A stretch of DNA of 42,768 bases from Basidiobolus meristosporus CBS 931.73. Lineage: Eukaryota; Fungi; Basidiobolomycota. The position numbers and the translations under genes are program-made. This document shows, in pieces, positions 11,662 through 21,699 of the stretch. The notes under the pieces were generated by a model. That model was not told the origin of the DNA. It saw only the letters and a program-made list of their open reading frames with translations, and did not search any database. The stretch is from positions 1 to 42,768 of the forward strand of contig MCFE01000713.1 of the NCBI GenBank assembly GCA_002104905.1. Reading direction: 5' to 3'. The first letter of the stretch is position 1; every line of letters starts with the position of its first letter.

Positions 11662-13393
11662 GGATATATTACCCATATATGCAGGCTTCACAGTGCTCCA
11701 AATTGGCGGGGGGATCAATTTTCACTCCAGAAATTAGCTGATCTTTGATCATTTTGCGCAAATAATCAAAATTGATGCGTCCAAATCTCCTGTGCCAAAG
11801 CATTGGTGTTTCTTCATTTAAGTTACTTATATTGGCTTCCAGATATGATGGAATATAAGTCAGCTTGTATAGATTCTGATCTCTGATGCCCAAAGCAATA
11901 TGGGCACCATTTTGATCAGTGATCCTGCATCCAGAATTGTCAAAACTGAAACTGAGTCTTTCTGCTGTGGCCTTACTTACAGAGAGTAGGTTCTTGGCTA
12001 TTGCTGGTACATAGAGTACTTCTTTCAAGGTCAGTGTATGGCTTCCTTCACTGCTTCTAAGGTTTACTTGGATAGTTCCTTCTCCCACTGCATCAAGTGT
12101 ACTATTGTCACCCATGAAAACCTTCTTAATTGGAATTTCTTGATATTGGGTAAAAAGTTCTTTTTGGTATGTAAAGTGTTGAGCAGCTCCAGAGCCAATA
12201 TACCATGTCTGAGAATCCTTGTTTGTGGTCATATTTAGTGCAGATATGAATAGTCTATCTTCAGTTGTGGCAGCATTTCCATATTCAGGCTTCTTTTGCT
12301 GATAATCTCTCTTTTTGAGACACCGGTCTGATGTGTGTCCTTTCCTTTTGCAGTAGTTGCAAAATAGGTTGCTGTTGCCTTTGTAGTGTCTTGGGTACCT
12401 CCTTTGTTGGTTATCATTGCTTATTAAAGCATTTTCTTCTTCCTTCTTATTGGCACTTGATTTTCTTAATTCTTCATCCAGGAGCCTTCCATATACGTAA
12501 TTCAAGGTCAAATCTTCAGTTCTGGACTCTAGGGCTGATACAAGGCCCTGAAACCTATCTGTCAGGCTATTCAGGATGGTAACTATCACATCCTCATCAG
12601 TAGTTGGTACACCCACAGATTCCATCTCATCTACCAGCAGGGTAATTCTGTTATTTAGATTTTTCATTTCTTCTCCTGGCAGCATCTTTGTAGTAAAGAA
12701 TTTTTGTCTCAGATACATCTTCTTGGCAGCTGAACATGACTGGTAGGTGTCTTCCAATGCTTTCCAGGCATTCTTTGCCGTTTTTGCACTGGAGCATTGA
12801 ATTAGCAATTTGTCCTTGACATTAAGGCAAATGCAGTTAAAGGCACTTTGTTCTTTCTTCTGGTACTTTAAGGCTTCCTCTCCCACGTTTTTAGGAGGGC
12901 ATTCTTCTCCCATGACAATATCCCAAAGGCCTCTTTCTTGTAGCAGCATCTTCATCTTCACCTTCCACACTTGGTAGTTAGATCCATCCAACTTTTCAGC
13001 AGAGGGAAATATTCCAGTAATAGCAGAAGTAGACATTGCAGAGAGTGACAGCTTGGGGCTCATAACCTGTTGTAAGAGTCTTGGAGATATTGGAAGTGAT
13101 TGGGAGGACAAGTAGATTATGTGGTTTTCACTTAATGATTTATTGAATGTAAAAGTAGTATTTATACTTTTACCTGATCTTGGCATTACAAAGAATAGGC
13201 TAAGGAAGGTCCCAAGAACATGTGTGCAAAGTTTGGGGCTGTTTGGACAACTTAGAATATTTACCCAGAACATTAAAATTCTCAAAGTAAATCCCAACAA
13301 GGAATTTGGTCAGTATTCTCTAGGATTTGAAGGTAATGATCTAAGTGACTAAGTTAGGTGAATATTTAGGTGGAAATACAAATTTTTTCAACA
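11662..13393 (-). mobile_element. Ty1/copia element copy B, 3'-truncated: 5' LTR 13393->13068 (326 bp), PBS 13067->13055, gag-protease-preintegrase ORF
   Basis: LTR is TGTTG...CAACA, followed immediately by GGTTATGAGCCCC. Best-preserved TE in the window. It breaks off into CACTA sequence near 11660. Confidence 0.9.
11669..13036 (-). CDS. Copia Gag-Pol, N-terminal 455 aa (Gag/UBN2-like, CCHC knuckle, aspartic protease, GAG-pre-integrase); truncated, probably non-functional
   Basis: Motifs: KLDGSNYQVWKVKM; CNYCKRKGHTSDRC (CX2CX4HX4C); WYIGSGAAQH (the DSG catalytic Asp is replaced by Gly); KEVLYVPAIAKNLLSV; LWHRRFGRIN...CEAC. First ATG 3' of the PBS motif is 13036; the track start at 13300 lies inside the LTR. 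Confidence 0.9.
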   Translation of the reverse strand: MSTSAITGIFPSAEKLDGSNYQVWKVKMKMLLQERGLWDIVMGEECPPKNVGEEALKYQKKEQSAFNCICLNVKDKLLIQCSSAKTAKNAWKALEDTYQSCSAAKKMYLRQKFFTTKMLPGEEMKNLNNRITLLVDEMESVGVPTTDEDVIVTILNSLTDRFQGLVSALESRTEDLTLNYVYGRLLDEELRKSSANKKEEENALISNDNQQRRYPRHYKGNSNLFCNYCKRKGHTSDRCLKKRDYQQKKPEYGNAATTEDRLFISALNMTTNKDSQTWYIGSGAAQHFTYQKELFTQYQEIPIKKVFMGDNSTLDAVGEGTIQVNLRSSEGSHTLTLKEVLYVPAIAKNLLSVSKATAERLSFSFDNSGCRITDQNGAHIALGIRDQNLYKLTYIPSYLEANISNLNEETPMLWHRRFGRINFDYLRKMIKDQLISGVKIDPPANLEHCEACIYG

Positions 13394-13399
13394 GTTAAG

Positions 13400-16100
13400 A
13401 GGGTCGTTATTTCAAAGCTGCTGGTATAATGAGGGTCTCCAAACAGTATCCAGAGGGCTGATCTGGATTGAACCCACCTGTGGGACCAAGTTGCTTTTCA
13501 TAAGGATTCTCTAGCCACAACAATATATCATTCACCAGTAATTGGAATACTGATCTTGCTTGGTTCCATAAGTGTTCTTGGTACTTTTTCTATGGGTGTG
13601 CCTCATCATACATTGGGATTCTACCAGGCTCATGCAGTGTACTGTTGTGGGAGGAGAGAGGCTCATAATTCATGGGTGAGCCTTCTTTTTGAGAGCCATC
13701 ACCCTGCAGGCCATATTCAGAAGGCTGAGGTGAGCCTAAAGGCATCACAAACTCACCTGAATCAGTTTGGCCAAGGTGACAAGTATGGCTAAGTGCTGTT
13801 ATGAAAAGATCAACTGGCTGGCAGGATATATAGGTGCAGTAGTGAGAAATGAGTACTCAAGTATTACTTGTGTTGCAAAATACTGGCCATGTTCCTCAAA
13901 TACTTCCTCTAGAATCTGCATGTTTCATGGCTAGGCGGCTTGTTACAATGGCTGCACTGCCACTTCTCCCTTCTCCTACAGTGTTGATTTAAAGAAGTCT
14001 TTTTCATTGGGCAAACAGCGTCACACTCAACACTGTAGTACTATTATATCACTTTTTTGTCAATAATCTTGTGAATTTACAACAAACTTACCTTTGAGAC
14101 ATTGTAGCTGTAAGAATTTAAGACTCAACAATAACCCACCATTTTAGCATTATAAATAAATTTGTGGCATCACACACACATGTATATGTACCACTATTCC
14201 TCATTTGGTTGGACCCACTTCCATATATATGTTGCCAAAAATACACCAAAGTTGTCTGGTTCCCAACCAAACCTACCACAAACAACAGCAGAAAAACAGC
14301 TGGAATACAGCTTGCTCCAACATTTAGTGTAACAAGCAGGGCTACATCCAAAAAAAGGCCATGTTGATGGTGTTCCCACTGAAGGTAATAATGCAGACTG
14401 CTCATGCTCTCTGTCAAGTAGGCAATTAGGAATCTCTGTAGAGCCACAAGCTGACCATAATGCTCAGGTAGATGAGAATGTAGCAACTGTAGTACCTGTG
14501 GTGGAAGACCTGCAAGTGGCAGCCATAGCATCACCACCACCAGTATTAGTAAGTTTGCTGTTAGTATTTACCAAAGAATTGATCTGGAAACTAATTGTGG
14601 TGGCTGATAAGATAGATGCAATGGTCTAGCAAAATTAGGAACTTGTCTAGATACCAGACGCATGGACAATTTGTGTAGAGCAATCAGTATCACAGGTAGA
14701 GAACACAGTATCTATGGTGTAAAGAAGGAACACATGTAGCTCAATGTCACAGCCAAGAATTGGGCCATTTCCTGATGCAACAGTAGAAGAACACCATACA
14801 GCCCTTGGAGCACAACAGAGGTACTCAAAGATTAAACCCATAGAAGAACCTATCACAGTGTACAAGGGAGAGACTGTGATGTTTATATGCAAGACTAACA
14901 GTCAAAAGATGTAAAAGATCTGTGAAGCTGTTAAGTGCAATGATGAAGAGTAGGCTAATACTCAAGAGGCTATTAGAAGTCTAGAATTGCATCTCCTCAA
15001 GGTGGGCCTACCATAGGACCATAAGGAACTCAAGGCCAAGCAGAATGTGCTTGACCAGGTCCACAAGCATTATCTTAGATTCAAGCAAGGAAACAAATTT
15101 TGGGCCAGAATTAGTATGCTGAGAGAGTATCTCAAGAATAGCAGAAGCTGTCAAAGATAAAAGAACAAGGGTGCCATGGCTAAAAACCAGTAGCTTCCTC
15201 AGGAGCTTGTCACAGGCCAGGCTGAAAGCTCCAAACATGCTGCAAAGCAGCATTAGGTTGCCAGATGAGTGCCAGTAGGGAACAAGCAGGCAGAAACAGA
15301 TGAGAATGTGTAGCATTTATAAAGGAGACACATAGTTCAATACACAAAGCACTCAGTAGCAATAGCAGTGAAGGACCTGAGAGTGATAGAAACCTGCAGC
15401 TCTCTTAGGAGCCCATTGAAAGCAGGGCTGAAAGCTCCAAACAAATGGCAGAGAAATGTCAGGTTGCTGGGAGAGTGCTGGTTAGGGACCAGCAGCAAAA
15501 ACAAGTGCACTAGTGCAGCATTCATGAAGGAGAAAATGTAGTAAAATACAAGAAGCCTTAGTCAAAGTAGCAGGGAAGACTTGTCAGTGAGAAAGGTAAA
15601 GGTAAAGAGAAAAAGTCTACCCAAGCCAGATACAGAGAAGCATAAGAAAAATGCTGGAGTTCTCACCAACTAATGCTCTCAGCCCGGAATGGGCTGAATC
15701 CCATAATTGCCAAGAAGAATTTCCAAGAGTAAAATAGCTGTTTTCTCAAGTGTTGGAACCACAGTCAGTTGAGCTACACTCCAGTGAGGTATATGAACTT
15801 GCAGAGAAAGGCAATTTGTCTACCACTACCTCCTCATCCTCCACTGTAGACAGAACAGAGATCCCACTGATAGGCAAAGCAACAAAATCAAGAACTCAAA
15901 AGACTAGCACAGTGCCCACAGTGGAGTTTTGGAACATTTACAGGCACACCACGAGGTTGCAGCACTTCTTCAAGAGCAGTGCAGAAGAAAATGCACTTGA
16001 ACATTGCAAGGATTTACTGCAATGACTGGGAAGTGAGTTGTTAGGCCTTACAGTGCTGGCTGAAGACCAGGAAGTACAGGAACTAGTGAATGAACTCTTT
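13400..16100. mobile_element. CACTA-like relic copy 3: transposase relic on minus (~13850->13420) divergent from ORF2 relic on plus (~14030-16100)
   Basis: 13500-13850 is the reverse complement of 11040-11400. 14030-16100 is the reverse complement of ~10860->9000. ORF2 has two ~205-bp internal repeat units (~15183 and ~15388). Confidence 0.7.
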
Positions 16101-16285
16101 GTCATGGGATTTTCATTTTGTGACAACCTTTTGACAGGATCATCATGAATATTTCTCATAGGTGTATGCTGGGTATCTCCTGAGTAAAAGCCAACTTATA
16201 TGCCTTTCAATATGGAATTCACAGAGACAAGAACTGGTATGCACCTACAAGAGGGGCAAATATCTCACAGGGAGAAAGAATATAT

Positions 16286-17020
16286 TAGACTTGTTCTATT
16301 GGATAGTGCCACATTGAGCCATCAGTGGCAAATGATGCCATAGTGTGCCAGGGAGGCCAAGTGAACCTACACCTGGCCACAGAGTGTGCAGTACAGCTCT
16401 GCATCTTCATGCAAAGCAGCCCTTGTGTTTCACTCATTGTGATGGAGAAAATCCACCTTTGACCTTTTTTTTAAGGTAAATGTTGTACAGGATGTGCAAG
16501 TGCACTGAAGGATTAAAGATATGCATCTGGTACTCAATACCCATGGCACTCTGAATCTAGCTCCTGTGGCTTGTAACATGTCACAAAAATGCATGGCACT
16601 ATCTTGGTCCACTGGTACTATCTGGCACTATAAGTGCTTTGTATTGATCTTACTTTAGGGCTAATATTTAAATATAGTGCCAGATAGTACCAGTGGACCA
16701 AGATAGTGCCATGCATTTTTGTGACATGTTACAAGCCACAGGAGCTAGATTCAGAGTGCCATGGGTATTGAGTACCAGATGTATATCTTCAATCCTTTAG
16801 TGCTCTTACACATCCTGCACAATACTGATCCACAAAAAAACATCAAAAAATGGATTTTCTCCTGCATCATAGATGAAACACAGGGGCTGCTTTGCATGAA
16901 GATGCAGATCTATGTTTCCCACTCTGTGGCCAAGTATAGGCTCACTTGGCCTCTCTGGCACACTATGGCATCATTTGGCACTCATGGCTCAATGTGGCAC
17001 TATCCAATGGAACAAGTCTA
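16286..17020. repeat. Foldback inverted repeat: arms 16286-16632 and 16673-17020, 40-bp spacer
   Basis: 16524-16632 is the exact reverse complement of 16673-16781 (109 bp). Outer arms still align but are diverged. Ends read TAGAC...GTCTA. TGGCACT/AGTGCCA motifs recur in both arms. Confidence 0.95.
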
Positions 17021-17375
17021 TTGGCCAAAGTATTTTGGGGATATTCATGAGGTATTAATGGTAACAGTGGCAGTAACCTAGCATATGTTTGCAAGACACA
17101 TGTGTTACCAGCATTATAATACATATGGCAACTTTGCAAGTATCACACTGACAAGTCACAAAGTTAAGGTGATATATATATAACAATTGCAATAGGTATA
17201 TGTTTGTAAAGGTTGGTAAGCCAGAGGCCATGGTTTCTTTTGATTTGAGCTATATATAGGATACATGTGATAGTATTGGGTAATCAAATACAGAGGCATG
17301 ATTCCACTGTGGAATTCATGAAAGGCATAAGCAGGGGTAGAGAAATGAAATACCACTGGGTAAATTGGTACAGTG

Positions 17376-17760
17376 TCAATTGACAGGACTAGCTGCAGGC
17401 TGCTGCACTGCTATACTGATATCAATAGATGTATGCATAAATACTGACAGAACACCATGCAGTTTTTCACCATCTAAGGCACCCACTTGTATATGGCTGT
17501 TAGGTCTGCTCAAATAAATGTAGACCATGTCAGAGCCACCTGAATGCCATACAAACCCTGCTGGAAGATCATCAAGCGCTGTCAAGTCTACTACCATATT
17601 TGGTGGTAATTGCAGCAAAACACTGTCACAATTCCACCAAAAGATTGTAAAAAGGGTCAGGAATTCCAATCTGCTGGCATTATGGAGCCTCATTGAGGGA
17701 TCCTGACAGCTGATCCAGATTGGATCCACCTGTAGGACCAAATTAGTTTTCATAGGGTAT
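17376..17760 (-). pseudogene. CACTA transposase relic
   Basis: 17690-17760 matches 13430-13510. Minus strand encodes LFTIFWWNCDSVLLQLPPNMV, similar to the W...NLPP region of Transposase_21. Confidence 0.55.
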
Positions 17761-18229
17761 AAGGAGCATGGTGTAATGGACTCATGCTTTGTTCCATGGA
17801 TTTTGTAGATGGAAATGAGTAGATTTGTTCTATATTGTCATTGAGGCTTGAGCATGTTTTCTTGTTTTATCATCATTCTCTTTCTTGACCACAACCTTCT
17901 GTTCACTGAGCATGAAAGTATTTCCCCAATTCCTTTGGATCTTTGACAATCAGCAATATGTATGATTAATTACAACCTGCTGCCTGAAGATACACTACAA
18001 CTATATTCACAATGATCTGACTGAATAACTGCAGTGCTCTGATGGTCTTGTTTGCCCCAAACTCTCAAACAATGGTCTGGCTTGATTCCCATATGTCCGG
18101 TGGACTCATGGGGCTGTAGCACAGCTAGCAGATCTATATTTGCCTTTGAAACTAATGTATATGATCTTGCTTAAATGGTGAAGGCATATATATATAAATA
18201 TACATATCTATATATGTTTTGACTGGCAA

Positions 18230-18570
18230 AGTGTTAGCATATGCTTCTTGAGGCCACTGATTGTTTCCGATTGTTTTACTCAAACAATCAATATTGATAT
18301 GTCCAGATCTCCTGCACCAAAGCATTGGTATTTCTTTATTCAAGTTAATCACATTGGCTTCCAGATATGGTTGAATGCAAGTCAACTTGGATGGACTCTA
18401 ATCTCTGATACCTAGGGCAAGGTGGGAGCATTCTGATAGATGATCTGGCATCCAGAATTGTCAAGACCACCACTGATTCCATGTGGTGCAGCCTTACTAG
18501 CAGAGAACAGGCTCCTGACTATTTTTAGGGCATAAGGCACTTCTTTGAAGGTTGGTATATGGCACCAATC
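18230..18570 (-). pseudogene. Copia pol relic (end of protease to GAG-pre-integrase)
   Basis: Minus strand encodes KEVPYALKIVRSLFSASKAA and YLEANVINLNKEIPMLWCRRSGHINIDCL, matching copia B 11780-12030. Confidence 0.8.
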
Positions 18571-20470
18571 AGTACAATTTGGACATACCATGTTAGTTCC
18601 TGGTCCAACATTGCCAGATGAGCTTTAGTGGCTATTCAGTGGGCTACTAATGAATCACTGTCAAATCAAAGCATATGTTCCCATCTGCATGGAAAATACA
18701 CCAACAAACAGCTAGATTGCTGGTTTGGCTCAGAGAAAGAGCCATGGCCAATTTGATACATCTACCCCTATTATGCAAGAAGCTTGTGATTGGGTTTGAG
18801 TGGCTCTTGTGAAAGCCCAAGTCTGAGTGTGCAGAGATTGTATGGTAGTGCTTTGGGAGTTCTCTATGGAGTGAATGTGTGAGGAAATAAGAGGAAGCAT
18901 TAAATTGCAGCCACCACCAGGTCCAAATCTCATCAAGAGCATGATATTCCAGTCCATCATGAGTGTGCTGAGGTGGTATATGGAGGACAGCCAGGAAGAG
19001 TTGGAGATTAGCAAACATGGATGTGTTCATGGAGACATGTATGCTATGGTACTTGGAAGTTAAGCAGTCCAAATACATGGATAATAAGTTGAATAAGAAA
19101 AGGCAGAGTTTGACACCAGAAGCACCGAATTTATTCATAGGAAATCTTTGCCGAAGTATGCCAGGTGTCTGTTGGGTGCAAGCCAAATTGTATACCTTTT
19201 GGTATGGAGTTCACCCAAAGAAGGAAGGAAACGCACCCACGAGAGGGACTAGAACCCAGCCGGGCCAAAGAAATGTTGACTGAGTAGTGAGAGGCATTTT
19301 GCGGATATTCAAGAGATGATCATGCCAAAGGTGGTGGCAACGGAGCATATATAAAATGTCCCAAGAACACGTTCTGGTAACAATTCAATGCCAAACCAAG
19401 GATCTGTAATCCAACGTGGGAATACCAGCAAGAGAATCCATACTATCTATGGCCTGACCGAGGGAAGGATGGGCTATTCTGCTGCTGGGCCAACCGGGAT
19501 CCACGGTGGAACGGTTCACGTACTCATAGTAGAGGCGGTATTGAGCAGGTGGGGGATTTCAGGGTAGGCCCAATGACAATTGGCCTCTGTGCACCGCTCT
19601 CCAACACCTCGCGCTGCTCGTCCTCATTACTGGTGCGGGGAAAGTTCTATCGAAGCGCCGCTTCCCATCCAAAAGATAGTCCATTTCAGGGGATGTGATT
19701 CTCGGGTCACGAGAAGCAACTGGACTCCTACCCGATCACGAGCATGGTTCCCTCCAGTCATCATAAATCCTCACAGCCAGGTGGGCTTCCTCTAGTGCTT
19801 GGGGAATCTTTGGTGCTGCCCAATCGCCTGCCGACCGCGGAAAGGATCCTTCGGCCAGTTTAGCCAGTGAAGCCCGAATGGACCCCTGGACCAAAGCCTA
19901 TGATGCAGACAGTGATGGCGGGAATGATGAGGATGAGGATGAGGATGACGATGTGCTCCGTACATGGACACAACCACGGGACCAAGTCATTCCCCCCCCC
20001 ACCCAACTCACCTCCCTAATCCCGACGGTCAGAACACAAAAGGCAGAACCGCAGCGGGCGATTGGCGTGAAGAAATACCGGATTAGGGAGATGGGTGAAT
20101 GCGGAGTGGACCCAAATCCGGTTGGGTGGTGGTTGGGAATTACCATTACGAGCCTCGCGCTACGACACGAAGCGACTGTCCCAACGGGATTTGCCTCGAG
20201 TGTTTGGGATGATGCCATCCGGGTGAGGGAGGTGGCGAAATTCGGTGGGTGCACTAACAGGGGATCCTCACTGGGCTACGGGAGAAGGGTGTTCCATTTA
20301 TCATACATGGTTTGGCCAGCTGACCAGTAAATTCACATTACAGAGTGGAGAAGGACAACAATTACAAATATAGATATGATACAGCTCAGATCAATCTGGA
20401 CGTCCGCTTGAGAAGGGGAGGAAGGGGGGCGGGGACCTGGTGGAGGGGGTGAGGGAAGGGGGGTTCAGCA

Positions 20471-21052
20471 TCAGCATTCCAACAATGCGTCCAGGGTCAC
20501 AAAGAATGCCGCCATTAAAACAGATTGGAATTTCGGGTCGCGCATGGCAAGATCGCACAGATGGAGATCCCCGATGTTTTTCAACTGAGGCAATATCGCG
20601 GTTCGCCACCGGAATTCCGCCACGAGAGATCCGGTTCGGGGACAGATGCAGGCCATGTTCAGGTTCCCATACTCGTGACGCTTCCACAGGTACGTCTCGG
20701 CGTTCCACACGAACGAGTATTTCGTGGAGAACATGGACACCTTGGAGAGCTCCGTATGGAGGTTGATTTCGGGGCACTCAAGGCTGACCGCACGACGGAA
20801 CGCCCGTCGTCTGGCCACGATGGTCACCCCGTCGTTGGTCATGGCGAGATTGCGGTAGACCTGGTCGATTTGGTAGTAGATGTGGTGGGTGGTCTTTCGT
20901 TTGAGCACGTAGGTGGGCTGGGAGGGGTGAACTGGGTTCAGGAAGAGGTCGCGGGACAGAAAGGACTTTCTGTCCACGGTGAAGGCATGTTTGAGAGTCA
21001 ACTGCTTCTGGGCGAACGGCTCAGGAGCGGTGGAGCTACGGGAAAGAAACAT
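20471..21052 (-). CDS. Hypothetical 193-aa protein, probably tubby C-terminal/LURP-one-like (fungal DUF6593-like) beta-barrel
   Basis: Intact ATG-to-stop ORF with TATAAAA ~70 bp upstream (21126->21120). YSFVWNAETYLWK...GSLVAEFR...IGDLHL...VLMAAF pattern with a C-terminal hydrophobic helix. Family call is from pattern recall only. Confidence 0.7.
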   Translation of the reverse strand: MFLSRSSTAPEPFAQKQLTLKHAFTVDRKSFLSRDLFLNPVHPSQPTYVLKRKTTHHIYYQIDQVYRNLAMTNDGVTIVARRRAFRRAVSLECPEINLHTELSKVSMFSTKYSFVWNAETYLWKRHEYGNLNMACICPRTGSLVAEFRWRTAILPQLKNIGDLHLCDLAMRDPKFQSVLMAAFFVTLDALLEC

Positions 21053-21699
21053 TACTGGTGGGGAGGAAGTTCGTCGGTAACTGTACGCTGAAGTTGGTCT
21101 CTGGCGTACGAAGATCCCCTTTTATATTGGCCTCATTTATCCGAATGAGCCATTGGTGCTGCTAATTGGGGGTTTGCAGGCGAGCGGTGTTAGCCAACTG
21201 GTCTCGGCTGGAAAAGACCAGCGGGATTCCCATCTATGGTGAATCCCTGAGAACAATGGTCGGCTGGATATTTCCGGGCCGATCCTGAGGAGCCAATTAT
21301 GGTGGGTTGACAAATATACCAGCCTGGTTTGATCCAAGGGATTTCTCTAGTTTTATTCCAACATTTGGTGAGGCGCGGTCGCACTAAGATTGCGTTTCTA
21401 ATAGGGGTTTAGCCCCGATGTTGGTGATGGCTCAACTATGGGTCCACTGGATGAATCCGCAGACGGGAGGGGGTGAGACGCTCCGGAACCGTAGTCTCTT
21501 GACTGCAGTTCACCAGGCTGACGTTTCCTTGGGTTTCGAGATATATACAGCTAGTGGGATAAATGGCCCAACGGAATTACTTTGACCCTGCAGCGCCATG
21601 GGATTCCATAAATTATAGGATCCAACCGCTAGGGTGGTGGGTATCGGACGAATGGTTTTGTCAGGATTTGGTCTGTATCGAAATTAGTGTTGTGGAGAG

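Noticed and set aside
16286-17020. Recurrent TGGCACTAT motifs as a CRISPR-like array
   Set aside because: The motifs are short, irregularly spaced and in both orientations, in a eukaryotic context with no cas genes.
16761-17081. ORF with YWPKYFGDI, resembling a gypsy integrase zinc-binding region
   Set aside because: It lies in the arm of the foldback repeat, lacks the HHCC residues, and the match is only a few residues.
14-19283. Most short track ORFs in the repeat region as host genes
   Set aside because: They are antisense or off-frame readings of decayed TE sequence, many starting at TTG/GTG, with no recognisable domain.
19925-19950. (GATGAG)n repeat as a functional element
   Set aside because: Short microsatellite that reads as a plausible low-complexity tract in several frames; not diagnostic.
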